Source of the DNA: Camelus ferus | Taxonomy: Eukaryota | Reading direction: 5' to 3' | NCBI RefSeq assembly: GCF_009834535.1 | Contig: NC_045696.1 | Span: forward strand, 20,834,001 to 20,898,000 | DNA length: 64,000 bases | Shown here: positions 13,869-26,323 of the stretch, piece by piece | How the letters are laid out: the number at the start of each line of letters is the position of its first letter | Numbering within the stretch: position 1 is the first letter of the stretch | Program-made: the position numbers and the translations under genes | The notes under the pieces: generated by a model | Database searches by the model: none | Told to the model about the DNA's origin: nothing | What the model saw: only the letters and a program-made list of their open reading frames with translations

Positions 13869-14474
13869 AATAAATGCATGCAATGAAACAAATTACGATC
13901 TACATGCAGAATAAGTACATTGCTTCTACATTTAAATGATGTAAATTGTTAATCTATGTCTTTTCTTCTGAAAAAATAAAACATTTCTGCTGATCTAATG
14001 TTCTCTCTTAAATTGTGCCTATTTATTTAATTGGGTAAAGTAAATTTTGCACAGCTTCAGTGTATAAAGAAATTGTCTCTAAAGGTTTTAATTACTTGTA
14101 ATTTATCAGAGAAAAGAAATTGTTTTTCACATTTATCTGTCTCTTTTTAATGTACAGATTAGATTTTGTGTTTCCCACACTTTGAATTTTCAGGCAAGAC
14201 AAAAATTATGGTGCTGTTCTGTAAATAATATGTGTGTATACATGATGAATCTCTCCATTTTCATATTTTTTATTCCAAAATAATTTTTCATAGGACAAAA
14301 TCCATAATTCCTTACCGATACATTATCATTTTAACTTGATTTTCTAACCATTATTTCTTTTAAAAATATTGTTTTCTCTTCCCTTATATTTATTAAAAGA
14401 TAAGAAAATATTTTTCATAAAATAATGTTTGCAATAGATTCCTTGAAGTACAAGTTAGTGGTCATATATCTTAC

Positions 14475-14790
14475 AGATAGATTCTGTTTGACTTTGTGGT
14501 CCAAGTCCCCGTCCCACTCTTTCATCAAATTCCTGAAGCCTGACCTATGTGACAACTTGAAAAGACTCCATGCCTTCTTCCTTCCAGACAGATTCAGCCA
14601 TTGGGGACCCCAGAAGGAGTTTGGACAAGGGAACATGGTAATGTCAGGGTGCTTACTCTTCCAGTTTCATCCATGACCCAGCCTATGGGCTGACTGTGTC
14701 TCTGGACTGAATATCAGTGCTTCTGTCGGGATGATTTCTTTTATAGGTCTCTTTCCTCGGTCCTTTCCCTTCCTAATCCTACTTACTGCT
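14475..14790 (+). mobile_element. ERVL LTR33-like fragment
   Basis: 'ctgacctatgtgac...ttcagccattggggaccccagaaggag...gtcagggtgcttactct...gggctgactgtgtctctggactga' follows the LTR33 consensus order. Confidence 0.65.
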
Positions 14791-15509
14791 ATATCCTCTA
14801 CTATCTAATGCTTTGTACCTAAAAAATAACCTTATTTCAAATTAAGATAAGAAACAAAAATATCCATCATAATTAAAACATATACAAGATTTTATATATA
14901 TATATATATATCTCCACTTTGGATCTCATTATTATTTAATTTGGTCATAAACAATTTTAACCATATTATCACTACAATTTCATGTATACTATTATACAAG
15001 AAGACTGTAGTTATTCTGTCCTTTATTTAACATTAACTTTGATTACAGAATATTATTAATGAGATCAAAATACTAGTGTAATAAAAGCCAAAAAGTTGAT
15101 GTGCAATTCAAAAACACTGATCACATTTAAAATTACAGTGTTTTACTGCTTATCACAAATACGCACTTTAGAAAAGTTATGGGGGAAAATCTCGAGAGTA
15201 AGTGTTAATAACTTGAAGATAGTCAATTTGATTATACTTCTGTATATTTTCTAGCCTTCTTGGCTGCATGCTAAAAAGAACGTGATAAATAGATGCATGA
15301 TAGATATAAATAGATAGTAAATCGATTTTATACAATTTTATTCATTCTTAACATGTCTTATGAACTGATAATTTTCTGTAATTATGTTATCTTCCTTTCT
15401 TTCTTACTTGATAGATAGAACTGTATTTTTAAATAAAATAAATGGTTTGATTAAGTAACACATGATCATACCTAAAAATGTAACATAAAAAGTACATTCT
15501 TTTTAGAAC

Positions 15510-15732
15510 CTAGTACTGCTCATCTGGCTCTCCTTCTTGTGAAAACATGGGGGACCCAAACTGTCTTACGTCTTCAAGTGATAGGCATGTCCATGTTACT
15601 TGCTTTGTCCTGTGAAATAGATGTAAAGTATGGAGATGAACAGGTATGTGTGTCTCTTCCATAAAGAAGCATGCACTTCCTGGTGCTAGTCTTTTCAAGT
15701 CTCTCTTTCCTTGCAGCAGAAAGATAGTGGAA
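15510..15732 (+). mobile_element. Old MaLR LTR 5' part (MLT1J-like)
   Basis: 'ggcatgtccatgttacttgctttgtcctgtgaaatag...gtgtgtctcttcc...agaagcat...ctctctttccttgc'. Confidence 0.55.
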
Positions 15733-15870
15733 ATCATCTTTCTGTCTCCATGGATTTGCCTGCTCTGGAATTTCCATATAAATGGAACCACACAATATGT
15801 AACCTTTTATGTCTGGCTTCTTTCCTTCAGCCTATTGTTTTTAAGATTCAATCTTATTATAACATATCCC
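15733..15870 (-). mobile_element. L1MB/MC 3'UTR fragment
   Basis: 'ctttctgtctccatggatttgcctgctctggaatttccatataaatggaaccacacaatatgtaaccttttatgtctggcttctttc'. Confidence 0.8.
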
Positions 15871-17419
15871 TGCCTACCCTTTTTGAGTTGCCATCAATGA
15901 TCTAGATTTCTGGAATTTTTATTAAACAAAAATGATGCAATCCTTAATATGCTATATCTCTTCATTGAGTTTTCATCCATTTTGTATAATGTGTACCATT
16001 TCAGGAGTAGAAAAGTTTAAGGGCAAAATGTATTTGATTCGACACCTTTTCATTATCTGACTAAAAAGTGACTGTTAGCCCAGTGACAGCTTTGGAGCTT
16101 CAAGAAAAATACAAAAACTATTTTCTTGCTGTTGTAACACATTCTCCTAAATGTCACTAAAAATATGTTGGACTTTTAAAAACTTATTCACCTTCTGTAA
16201 CTCAATATGAAAGAAAATGTGAATCACATAAATTGTTTAATTAAGTGTATATGTTCTATGAATAAAAGAAATAGTAAGTCTTTATTTTGATAACTGATAG
16301 ATTTTTAGACAATTTCCATAAAAAATGTATTATGCTGAAAGTCTCCTTTTTTCATGAATAGAAATGAACTATATCCAGAAGTCTTAGGATCAAAGGGCAT
16401 TACATTTTACTTTAATATATGTGAAGATCTCAGCACTGAGAAAGCTACAAATGAATTCTTCACCCTGGATATTACTGACAAAAAGGATTAAATAAATAGA
16501 TTTGATTCATTTGATTTCTTCTAAAGCATAAGCTAGCTACAGTAACAGAATAAAGCTTCAGACTTCTGTTTTGTACTATATTGCAAAACTCTTATCTAAT
16601 ATAAATTGATATTTGACAACATGCCTGCAGGATTTTACACCTTAAAAAAAGTAGGTTTTTCTTTCACGAGCCCTGAAATTAGTTTGCCTACTATAAATTT
16701 TGTTTTCGCTAAAATTGTACTTTTTCCCTCATTCCTGCTTTTATCACTCTGTCTCCTATATTTCTCACTATACTATACTCTGCACTCTCATGGACTCTTC
16801 AGTATCATAATGATGCATTTAATCCTCTAGTTATTCATTATTCCAATATCTTGACTTTCAAAATATTTTTAATACAAGATTTAAGCTGTAAAATGAATTT
16901 GGCATGTAAAGAGCAAGAAGATGAGACAATGTGAAGCGTCAGAATCCTGTCATTTCAAATGATTTAGGATCTTCTGGCCATGTCCTTTGTTATTTTTCCA
17001 TGGTTAGTTACAGGAACTTTTTAAAATATAGGGACTCCTGGACTAACTAAATGTAAGCTGCTAGCAAGGCAGATCTAAGATCTGTGTCCTGCAACACTGC
17101 TCACAAGGTGCATGCAGTTCCAGTTTCTAAAAGATGAAGGGCCAAAGTGCCAAAACCATCATTTGCACAGTTACCTAACTGTCTGTTTCCCCAACAAGCT
17201 GATCCAGTGCTGGGCTCCCACATAAAGTACAACATGGGATTTCCATTAAGTTTTTGAAACTTTATCTGAAAACACGATGACTTCCAGTAATGCATTAGTC
17301 ACCAGTTTTCTGTGTTTTCTACTGTGCAAATTCTATATGAAGCAGTCACATGGATTTATCATTAGCACCTAGCAGTGTGTTCATGTTATCATTCAGTCTT
17401 GTGAATTTTGCACTCTTGA

Positions 17420-17868
17420 GTTAATATGTCCACTTGTCGAGGCTGCAGTACCCACTTTTGTAAACAAGCAATTCTAGGTGTTACTGTAAAGCTAGTTTAT
17501 AAATGTGACTACTGTGTATCTATTGTGTAGGTATAAAATTGATTGACTTTACATAAAGGGGATTGCCCTCTATGATATGGGTAGGCCTCATTTAATTACT
17601 TGAAGGCCTTAAAATGGAAAACTGAGGTTCCCAGAAAAAGAAATTCTGCCCCAAGACTGTAGCATGAATCCCTCTCTGAGTTTCCAGCCTGCTGGACTGC
17701 CTTCCTAATTTCAAAATTGACAGTTTCAAGCCAGTGAGCCAGTTCCTTAAAATAAATCTCTTAACACATACCGACCTGCTTGTGTGTGTGTATACATATG
17801 AATGTGTATATGTGCATGTGTATACTCTTCTGTTGGTTCTGTTTCTCTGGAGAACCCTGAATGATACA
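17420..17868 (+). mobile_element. ERVL LTR MLT2 (MLT2B/D-like)
   Basis: 'ttgaaggccttaaa...actgaggttcccag...aaattctgccccaagactg...tgagtttccagcctgctgg...ttccttaaaataaatctc...ttggttctgtttctctggagaaccctgaatgataca'. Confidence 0.88.
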
Positions 17869-18770
17869 TACAATCATCATTTCTTTTCTTTAACTTCCTC
17901 TCTCTGAACCCTCCTCTCCGCTCTCTGTCCCCTCCATGCAATGGTGTTTGTGCTGGGATCTGACTGAGGGAGATGAGTTGCAAATATATTTTGCTGGGTT
18001 TGGTGGGTGGGATATGTATGAGTGCTTTTGCAGTGACTTTCCTCTGGACTTAGCTGCTTTATACATGTTTCCTTTCTGTCACTGTAGCCACACCTTTGTT
18101 GTATCCTCCAAGAATACTTCTTTTGCCCACTGTGCTGACATTGTGAAATAAATGTGCAGGGCTAGAGGTTATAATACAGCATAAACACACCCTCCAGAAC
18201 CTGTCATCTGTACTGGAGAAAAAAAAAATATTTGAAATACTGACATAAGAAAATAGTCTTTGGAAAATTCTTGCATATCTTACAGACCCCATAAAACATT
18301 ATCTTGACATCTTTACAAAGTGTTTTTTTTTCTTAATTAAAAAAATCTAAAATGTGGCTGAATAAATCTGGAAAGAAAAATATCTAAATAATAACAAATA
18401 AATCTGAAGGTAGCTTTTTATAAATTTAAAAGTAGTAAGAAATAGATTTTGATCAACCGTGAATGACAGATTTTTCTGTCCTTTCTATAGAATATATTTA
18501 AAAATTGTTACATTATGTGGTAATCCAAAAATATGAAGCAAATTTAGTAGGAAAAAATTGTAGCATTGTCTCACGCAGTTACTGAATAAAGTTTAATTTT
18601 TATGGATTGTGATGTTTCCAGTATCTGTAACTTTTTCAAAAAACATAGTTTTTAATACTTTCACATCCTAATAGTAATTTCTTTTCATATTGAATAGCAT
18701 AGTCATAATGGTATATGATTTAAGTTAAATTTTAAATGAACAAAGTGTGCAAATTTTAGGTGAAAATAAT

Positions 18771-19030
18771 CCCGGCAGGGAGAAATCCCTGGTCCCAGTT
18801 CCTGCTGTGACGCAGACGGAAGTAGTTCTTTGTCACCGTCACTGTGGTTGCTGTCCCACGGTCCCACACGGCCGTCAGCTAACAGGGAGCCCACCGTCGT
18901 TAAAGCCTGCTGTGTCGTGGCCCCAAAATCAGCGTCACACCACTTCCCACCGAGGTCACTGCTGAGGAAGACCACCGAGGGGCAGGCCATCTTCGTGTGG
19001 TACAACAGCAGATGAACTCAGCGCCGTGAT
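18771..19030. other. Isolated CpG-rich, GC-rich patch
   Basis: Hand count: 16 CpG in ~260 bp, ~58% GC over 18781-19020, within very AT-rich flanks. Confidence 0.8.
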
Positions 19031-19169
19031 CCCTTGATGAGTGGCACCTGGGTCATGTTGTCCTTGTAAACCTGAGTGCAGGAGATTTCTCTTCTTTATA
19101 CATGTTTCCTGTCTCTCACTATAGAAAAGCACTGTCATTAAATAGAAGTAATTTAATGGAATTTAATTT

Positions 19170-19682
19170 AATGAGATACCATTCAGCCTTAAAAAAGGAG
19201 GAAATTCTGACATTTGCAACAACATGGGTGAGCCTGGAGGATTTTACACTAAGTGAAGTGGGCCAGGCACAGAAAGACGAATACTGCCTAATCTCACTTA
19301 CAGATCGAACCTATAAAAGTCAAACTCACAGGAGCAGAGAGTAGAATGGTGGCTTCCAGGGGCTGGAAGGAGGGGGAAATGTGAAGATGTTGGTTAAAAG
19401 GTATAATTCTGGGAAAAGATGAATAAGTTCTGGGGATCTAATGTACAACACACTGGCTACACTTAATAATACTGAGTTACACAGTTGAAATATGCTAAGA
19501 GAGTAGATCATATATATTCTCACCAAACACACACAAATGATAACTATGCAGTGAGATGGATATATTAATTAGCTTTATTGTGGTAATTATTTTGCAGTGT
19601 ACACACATACAAAACATCACATTGTATACTGTAAATATATACATTTTTATTTGTCAGTTATACATAAATAAAACTGAAAAAA
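19170..19682 (+). mobile_element. L1MA8/9-like 3' end
   Basis: 'attcagccttaaaaaaggaggaaattctgacatttgcaacaacatgg...aataagttctggggatctaatgtacaac...tttttatttgtcagttatacataaataaaactg'. Confidence 0.88.
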
Positions 19683-19751
19683 ATTTTTGAAGAAATAAAG
19701 ATGCATTAAAATGTGTAAGAGGCTAAAGAGAAATATCACTAAAATGAGAAC

Positions 19752-20118
19752 TGTATTAGTTCAGAAAATATATCAACCCCAGGAAATGCATTAATCTGCT
19801 AGCCAACTTGGATCAAAACAATAAAACTCGTTTTTGACTCATGCAAAGCTCTCTGCAAGATCACATAATTCTTTAGGACAGCTATCCTGCATGCAGTGAC
19901 TCTGAACTCTGGTGACATTAATACTGTGTCTCTATATTGTCAGCATAATGCCTCCCCCATGAGGTAACAGACGGAGGCATCCTCACTGCCTGAACTACAA
20001 AATGTCATACCTCATACATTGTATTGTATTGGCCAAACCAGTTACACACAGACTTTCACATAGAACCAGAAGAAAAAGGAATCTGGATATTGGTGAGAAC
20101 TGGTTATTGGTCAACCTC
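19752..20118 (-). mobile_element. Old MaLR LTR (MLT1L-like)
   Basis: 'tgtattagttcag...ctttaggacagctatcctgcatgcagtgactc...attggccaaaccagttacac...ctggatattggtga'. Confidence 0.55.
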
Positions 20119-20613
20119 AGAGAAGGGAAACTTTAATATATCAATTAGTGAGAAGTAATGATGGGAAAAACACCTTCTCTACAGTTTTTCAAATAAATGC
20201 AAAAAACTAATAGATTAAGTCCTGGGAAAAATCATTAATTTAGTTTTGTCAATGTTTTATTTGTTGTTACATTCCAAATTTTCCTATTTTTACTATAAAT
20301 CTATATAGCTCATAAGACATACATTAAATATAAAATCTTCATTAAAAAAGGAGTAATTTAAACACATGCTCCATCACAGGGAATACTAGGTCAGCATGAG
20401 GCAGTTTACAGACATAGATTATAATGTTCCTTGCAGTTTCTAAGTAATCAGATTTAAGGCACAGCACCCCTAAACTCTAGGGGCCTTAACATTTATACTT
20501 TCTCTTTAGACATAAAAGCATTAAATTTACTTGAAGTTTTCAGATTCAATCACATTCATGCTAGAAAGCAAAAACAATCACTTTTTAGGAAACTTAAGTA
20601 AAAATGAAAAAGA

Positions 20614-20752
20614 TGTGTACCAGTTTACCTTCCCACCAGCAGTGTACAAGGATTCTCCACATCCTGGACATTTGTTATCTCTTGTCTTTTTGATAACAGT
20701 CATCCTAACAGGTGTGCAGTGATATCTCATTGTGGTTTTGATTTGCATTTCC
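20614..20752 (-). mobile_element. Short L1 ORF2 fragment
   Basis: 'ttcccaccagcagtgtacaagg...catcctaacaggtgtgcagtgatatctcattgtggttttgatttgcatttcc'. Confidence 0.88.
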
Positions 20753-20759
20753 ATCTTTA

Positions 20760-22711
20760 TTCATAAGCCCTGTTGGTTCAAATTTGTGTACCCAGATCCA
20801 TGTATCCATCTATGCTGGAGAACTTTAAGATGATATTTAATTGGCATCCCTAAATTAGCAAGTGTAAAACAGAGCTAATATTCTTTTCTATGCACTCCAG
20901 CTCATTCCAGGAAACTGATTCTAGCGTGGTATTTTTATTTTAACTTAACCAACAGTACAAATATTCAAAAATTCTCAAGTCCATCTTACTTCTCCCCATA
21001 TATTATGGACATCTTATAAATCATCGATTCCTTACTCTCTTACCTTTTCTATTGATACCTTTTGTTTGTTTGCTTACTTCTCTCCATCTCTGTGGCCAAC
21101 AGCCTACTTCAAGTTTTCATCTTGTTTTAGCTAGGCTTCTGTAATAGCTACCAAACTTACTTTCCTGTCTTAATTCCTAAACTCATTTGATCCATCATTC
21201 AAAGGAGTCAGCATTCTTACTCTTAAAATGTTAATCAGTTTATTCATTCTAATGTTTTAAAACTTTCACTGGGGTTTCTATTGCAGATGGAATAAAACCA
21301 CAATTGTTACTTGGATTAGAAAAATCTGCATGATCTCTCTCCTCCTTGCTCTATAATACAGGTCTCTCTAGTGGGATACACACACCAAAAGAGAACAAAA
21401 AGAATCCATCAAGGGCTGGAAGAAAAAGATTAAACTTCTGTATTTTTTTTCTAGAATTGAGAAATATATTCAATTTAGTATCACATATTTAATGTACAAG
21501 TTCTCTTGTCTCTTTTACTTGGTTTATGTGTCAGACAAGTTCTCTGGAGAAAGAATAAAGATTTCAAATGCAGAGAAATTAATTATCCCTACATTTATTC
21601 TTTTCCTTTATAATGTTCTAGTATTTTGTAATTTATCTGTGCCTGATTTATAAATTTCATCATTTAACTAATTTTTATAGTATGTGAAACTAACTTAAAA
21701 TTTTCTGTCAGCCCTCTCCCTTAGATTCAAGGAGTTAATGTCATTATACTTGAAAAAAAATGTAGTACTCACATTTCCCCTGTTCTAATGTAAGATATCA
21801 GTTTTATTATGAAATGCAGTGGAAATTGAATCAGATATAACAAAAAGTTAGACAAATAAAATACCTTAAATATCATTTTAAATTTTTATTAATGTAAATA
21901 TATTAACCTGCATCTTTACCCTGAATATCTGTAATGCCTTCAGATATTAAAGGATAGTGTGCACAAAGAAGCAACATAGATTTCTGATCTTTTCAACCAT
22001 TTTCCAAGAGAGTTTCAGGAAGTTTTAAACCCATATTTTAAAGCATAAAAATGCAACACACTCTGATTTGTTTGCAAGAGTAACTGAGTGACCAAAGAGA
22101 AGATAAAAGAATAGAGCCGTTCTTTTAAAAATGAAACTTTGGAGGATGGAATTGAAAATGTGTACCTGTGATTTTAGTAAGCCCGTCTGATCTTATTACA
22201 ATATTTTCAGTGAGAGCAAAAAAAAAAAAAAGAAAGAAAGAAAGAGAAAAAAGAATTGTTGTTTCATTGATGAATTCAAATGTGTTTTTCTTTACCTTAA
22301 TATTTTATGTCGGGTGTATTTTGATAACATATACTACTAGGGCTTCTACTTAGACAGTAACTTAGTGTAAGTAAGTAAATGTTTATATATACTATGAATG
22401 AATACTCTATATGTTTAACAGATGAGGTGTGTATTCAAAAAGTTTGAAGACCACTGACTCATCCTATGTCTGATCTCTCCTTGCTGTTTGTATTTTAGTC
22501 ACACAGTCTTCTGAACATGTTCCTAGCTACCTCAGGCCCTTCTCTCACAGTGTTCTTTTTTATGAAAATCTATTTTTAATTCCCCCACTGAGAACGTAAA
22601 TTGGAAAGACAGTAAATCTGAATGTTTGTTCAAAACAAGACCCTTAGCATCTCGCAACACTGCTACACTAGCACAAATTGACAGAGACCAGATTTTTCTT
22701 GAATGAATGAA
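20760..22711 (+). mobile_element. L2 3' region, interrupted by a Charlie element at 21359-22456
   Basis: 'ctctccatctctgtggccaacagcct...ttctgtaatagctaccaa' before the insert; continues at 22457 and ends with the L2 tail 'ttgaatgaatgaa'. Confidence 0.65.
21359..22456. mobile_element. hAT-Charlie DNA transposon remnant (Charlie4-like)
   Basis: Left end 'caggtctctctagtgggatacacacacc...ggaagaaaaagattaaacttct' and right end 'gaggtgtgtattcaaaaagtttgaagaccactg' match the two Charlie4-type termini. Confidence 0.7.
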
Positions 22712-23599
22712 CTCCTGTTTAAAGTTGTATTTTCCTGGTTTTGCATATAAAGACAGAAGAATAGAGGTGCTTTAAAAGACTGATACACGTGAACTTTCCA
22801 GTTAATACATTAGCAGAGGCATTTAACATTACTTGAGTGCTTTTCTTACATTAGCTAATTAACATTTCAAAGAGTCCTAAAGGGTACTTTGGGGAAGTGC
22901 CATTTAAAGGAAACAGGAAAACAGAACTTAACAATTTGGCAAGTTTTAAAGATTTGGTCAATAGCAGAGCCCTTTCCAAAGACCCTAAGCTTCAAGTATC
23001 TTATTCCTGTGACTGGAACTAAAAGTTAAGTGATTTGATTCCATAAAAAAGAAAGAAACTAACTTATGAAAGCATAGAGCTTGAAGGGTCTTTATAAGTC
23101 ATCTAACTAATCCCCTTTTTCTAAAATATAACTGAAATCCAATATCCTCATCCCTGAAACTAAATTGTCTTTATAGAATAATGTTAAGACCTTTTCATGT
23201 GAGCTCTAAAATAAAACGGAATTTATATTTCAGGTAATTATTTTTTTTCCAGAGAATAGTTCACAATAATTTCCTAGGAAAATAATCCATTGTAATCCAA
23301 GAATCCATTATCTATGTTTAAATACAATGGTCACTTCTCTATTTCTATTAAAATTGCTCTTATAATTCTAGGTTAAGAAAGTATCAAAACCACTATTTCC
23401 ATTTAGTTAATAATATCTGCTCAGTCTTCCTTCTTCATCTGATTTCAACCAATTCTTACCTGGTTTTACATTTCCTAATTTCTATGAGAATGAAAAAGTG
23501 AGAACATTCCTGACAGAGGAAACCTAGTTGATAATAATCCTGTAACATTAAAGACATTAAAACTTCTTCCAGAAAAGTGATAAAAAGGCTTGTGATTAT

Positions 23600-24180
23600 A
23601 AGGAGCTTTGCTTCTTACTGGGTTGTAGAAGGAAAAGGTAGAGAAGCACGGAATCATGTGGCAGTGGTGGAGAAGAATTAGATCACTTGGCATTGGAGAC
23701 CAAGTTAAAGTTACCCTAATAAAATGGGAAACGATTGAAGTATTTTATACTTCTAAAATGTTCACCATTTGTAAAACATAGACAATATACTAGGAGAAGC
23801 TAACAGGAATTAAGAGGAAATCAACCAGGAAGCTAGTGTGTAATTTAAGCAAAGAGATGGTGATAAATAAGACATAATATCGACAGGACACAAAAGAGAG
23901 AGAAACTTGCATGTTAAGGTTGGCAAAGTATTAAAAATGAATATCAAGTTCTGGATTGTACAACAGGATGATTGTTGGTGGATTTCCATAGAATGTAGAA
24001 ACTTATGAGAAGATCAGATTGGTACTGGAGGGATATTTCATGATGTTCGCTTTGAATATTTTATCTGTGAATTGTCTTTGAGACAACCAAGTGGAAATGC
24101 AAAAAATAAATTGACAGTATGGTATGGAAATGGTGATCTGAGCTAAAGACATAAATTTGAAAGTTAAGGAGAATAAATGA
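23600..24180 (-). mobile_element. L2 fragment
   Basis: Purine-rich L2 antisense pattern: 'gcaaagagatggtga...tttgagacaaccaagtggaaatg...gagctaaagacataaatttgaaagt'. Confidence 0.6.
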
Positions 24181-25692
24181 TCATGAGCAAGACAAAAATT
24201 CTTAGTACTTGAAGGTATGAAAATCCCAGAGATTTCCCTTCCACTGCTGCTGTTTCCTACCCCTGTACTCTCTGCACTCTAAATGGGGTTTATATTCACC
24301 TGCTCATTTCCATTCTGTAGTTGCTCCCAGGAATTTCTAAGTAGGTCTGTCTTTTCCAGTTATGATTTGCAGGTTTTAATACAGGGAAATAGGGGAAAGC
24401 AAGCAAAACCAGACAGAAAGAAACAGTCATTGAGTGATAGAAGGCTTGTGATTAAAAATAATAGTGGCACATTCAAGGTATTTAGGCAGGGGGAATGCCT
24501 TGAGGAGTTCAAAGGCATAAAGAAAACAAATAAGAAAAGAAAGGTATGTTAACAAATATTTCTTGGATCAAGTTCTTTAATGTTTGAAAATTATTGTATG
24601 TTTTTATAAACAGGTTTTTTTTTATAAAACTGGATTATTTTCAAAGTAATATTTGTATTTGTTTTTGACAAAGTCAAAATACAAATTTGTATTTCTTTTC
24701 CATTAACACCATTCTGTGACAGGAACAGATTCTCACAGCTTCAAGGAGCATGTATAGGGCTTGTATTCCAGCAGACTGTTTTGAGGATGCTGAAGACTTG
24801 AGCTTTTGGAGAGGTTTTGTCAACTCCAGTCATAGATCTTAAATGTCTTGAGGGTTTAGAACCTCAACCTTGGCCTACTTGGTGAAAGGTCCAGTGGCTG
24901 AGTTTCTATAAAAGGCACCTGGAAGGTGAAATAAGTTGGAGTCAAATATTTATCCTTTTCCAGATACATGAAAAAGCAAAGTTTATTTATGTGGAAATCA
25001 CATTAGACTACAAATGTTTTAATTATCATCTCCCATTACATAATGTTGTTCTTGTATACAAGGTTTCTAGCTTCTCACTCTCCTTTCATTTTCTAAACTA
25101 TAGAGACCACAACATTTCACCATTTGTAATTCTCAAATTTGAGGGGAAGATTATTTGTAGTAAAGTTTTTAAATTTTTGATACCATTACTTTTGTTGTTG
25201 GGGAGCATTTTGGAATGCTCTTATAGAATATTTGTGAGTGAACTATGCTCACGAGAATGGCATTCTATTAATACTGTGTCAGGTGGTCATCAGTTGCTAA
25301 TCTTTTGAAATATTTACCATAAAAATATTAATTTCAAGTAAATTGATGAAATATATTTATTTAAACAATTTTATCTTCTATCACAAAGGCAGTGTAATTA
25401 TTCTAGATGATTTCCCAAGCTTGTACAAATTACTCTTCTTCTTTATTCTGATATAATGCAAACCTTTATATGGTTGCCAATAAAAATACTAGGACAGAGA
25501 AATTGGAGGACAAAACACTAGCACTTAGTGCTTATTTAATGTTCTTAACGTTTAATCGGTAACCTTAACAATATATTCTTAACAGCAGCTGATGATCTGT
25601 GTAAGGTGTGTGGATGTGGAGTTCTGTGGGTAGAACTTCTGTTGTATTTTCCATAGCCTTGATTCCCACAACTTTGATCGTGTCAATTCACT

Positions 25693-25722
25693 GATAATGA
25701 TAATAATAATAATAATAATAAA
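25693..25722. repeat. (AAT)n microsatellite
   Basis: 'gataatgataataataataataataataaa'. Confidence 0.9.
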
Positions 25723-25963
25723 GATGCCTACCTACATATTATAATGAGAATATAATCAAGACATACAGCTTCAGGTAACTAATTGTTTTATTTTATGATA
25801 ACCATAGTGTGGTATTAAACATTAATGAGTTTATGTGTTAAAGCTTACAATAGATATACAGATGCTTTAATACTAACCATAAAGTTTTGAAGCTCAAATA
25901 TACCCCCAAAATGTAAATAATTACTATTAATAATGATGGAAAGTTATATTTACAGGAGGAGAT

Positions 25964-26323
25964 TGCTATAGATTGAATATGTCTTCCCAAAATTCATATC
26001 TTGAAATCTAATCGCAAATGGGATGGTATTTGAAAGTGGAGACTTTATGAGGTTATTAGGTCATAAGGTTGGAGCCTTAATGAATGGGATTAATGTGCCT
26101 TAAAGAGAGGCTCCAGAGAGTTCCCTCTCCCCTTTTTCCATGTGAGGACACAGCAAAAAGACATTGCCTGTGAACCAAGAAACAGGCCATCACCCTATAC
26201 CACATCTCAAGTGTCTTGATCTTAGATTTCCCAGCTTCCAGAACTGTGAGAAATAAATTTCTGTTGTTTATAAGCCACCCAGTCTGTGATATTCTGTTAC
26301 AGCAGTACAAACGGACTAAGACA
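25964..26323 (+). mobile_element. MaLR solo LTR (MLT1A0-like)
   Basis: TG...CA, 360 bp: 'tgctatagattgaat...ccatgtgaggacacagc...ccagaactgtgagaaataaatttctgttgtttataagccacccagt...ggactaagaca'. Confidence 0.92.

Noticed and set aside
18703..19138. Four overlapping ORFs in the CpG patch (possible exon or retrocopy)
   Set aside because: Expected from local GC richness; no recognisable protein, poly-A/TSD or acceptor-donor pair. A BLASTx would settle it.
20604..20764. Imperfect inverted repeat (ATGAAAAAGATG / CATCTTTATTCAT) around a short L1 fragment
   Set aside because: Short, AT-rich and gapped; compatible with chance.
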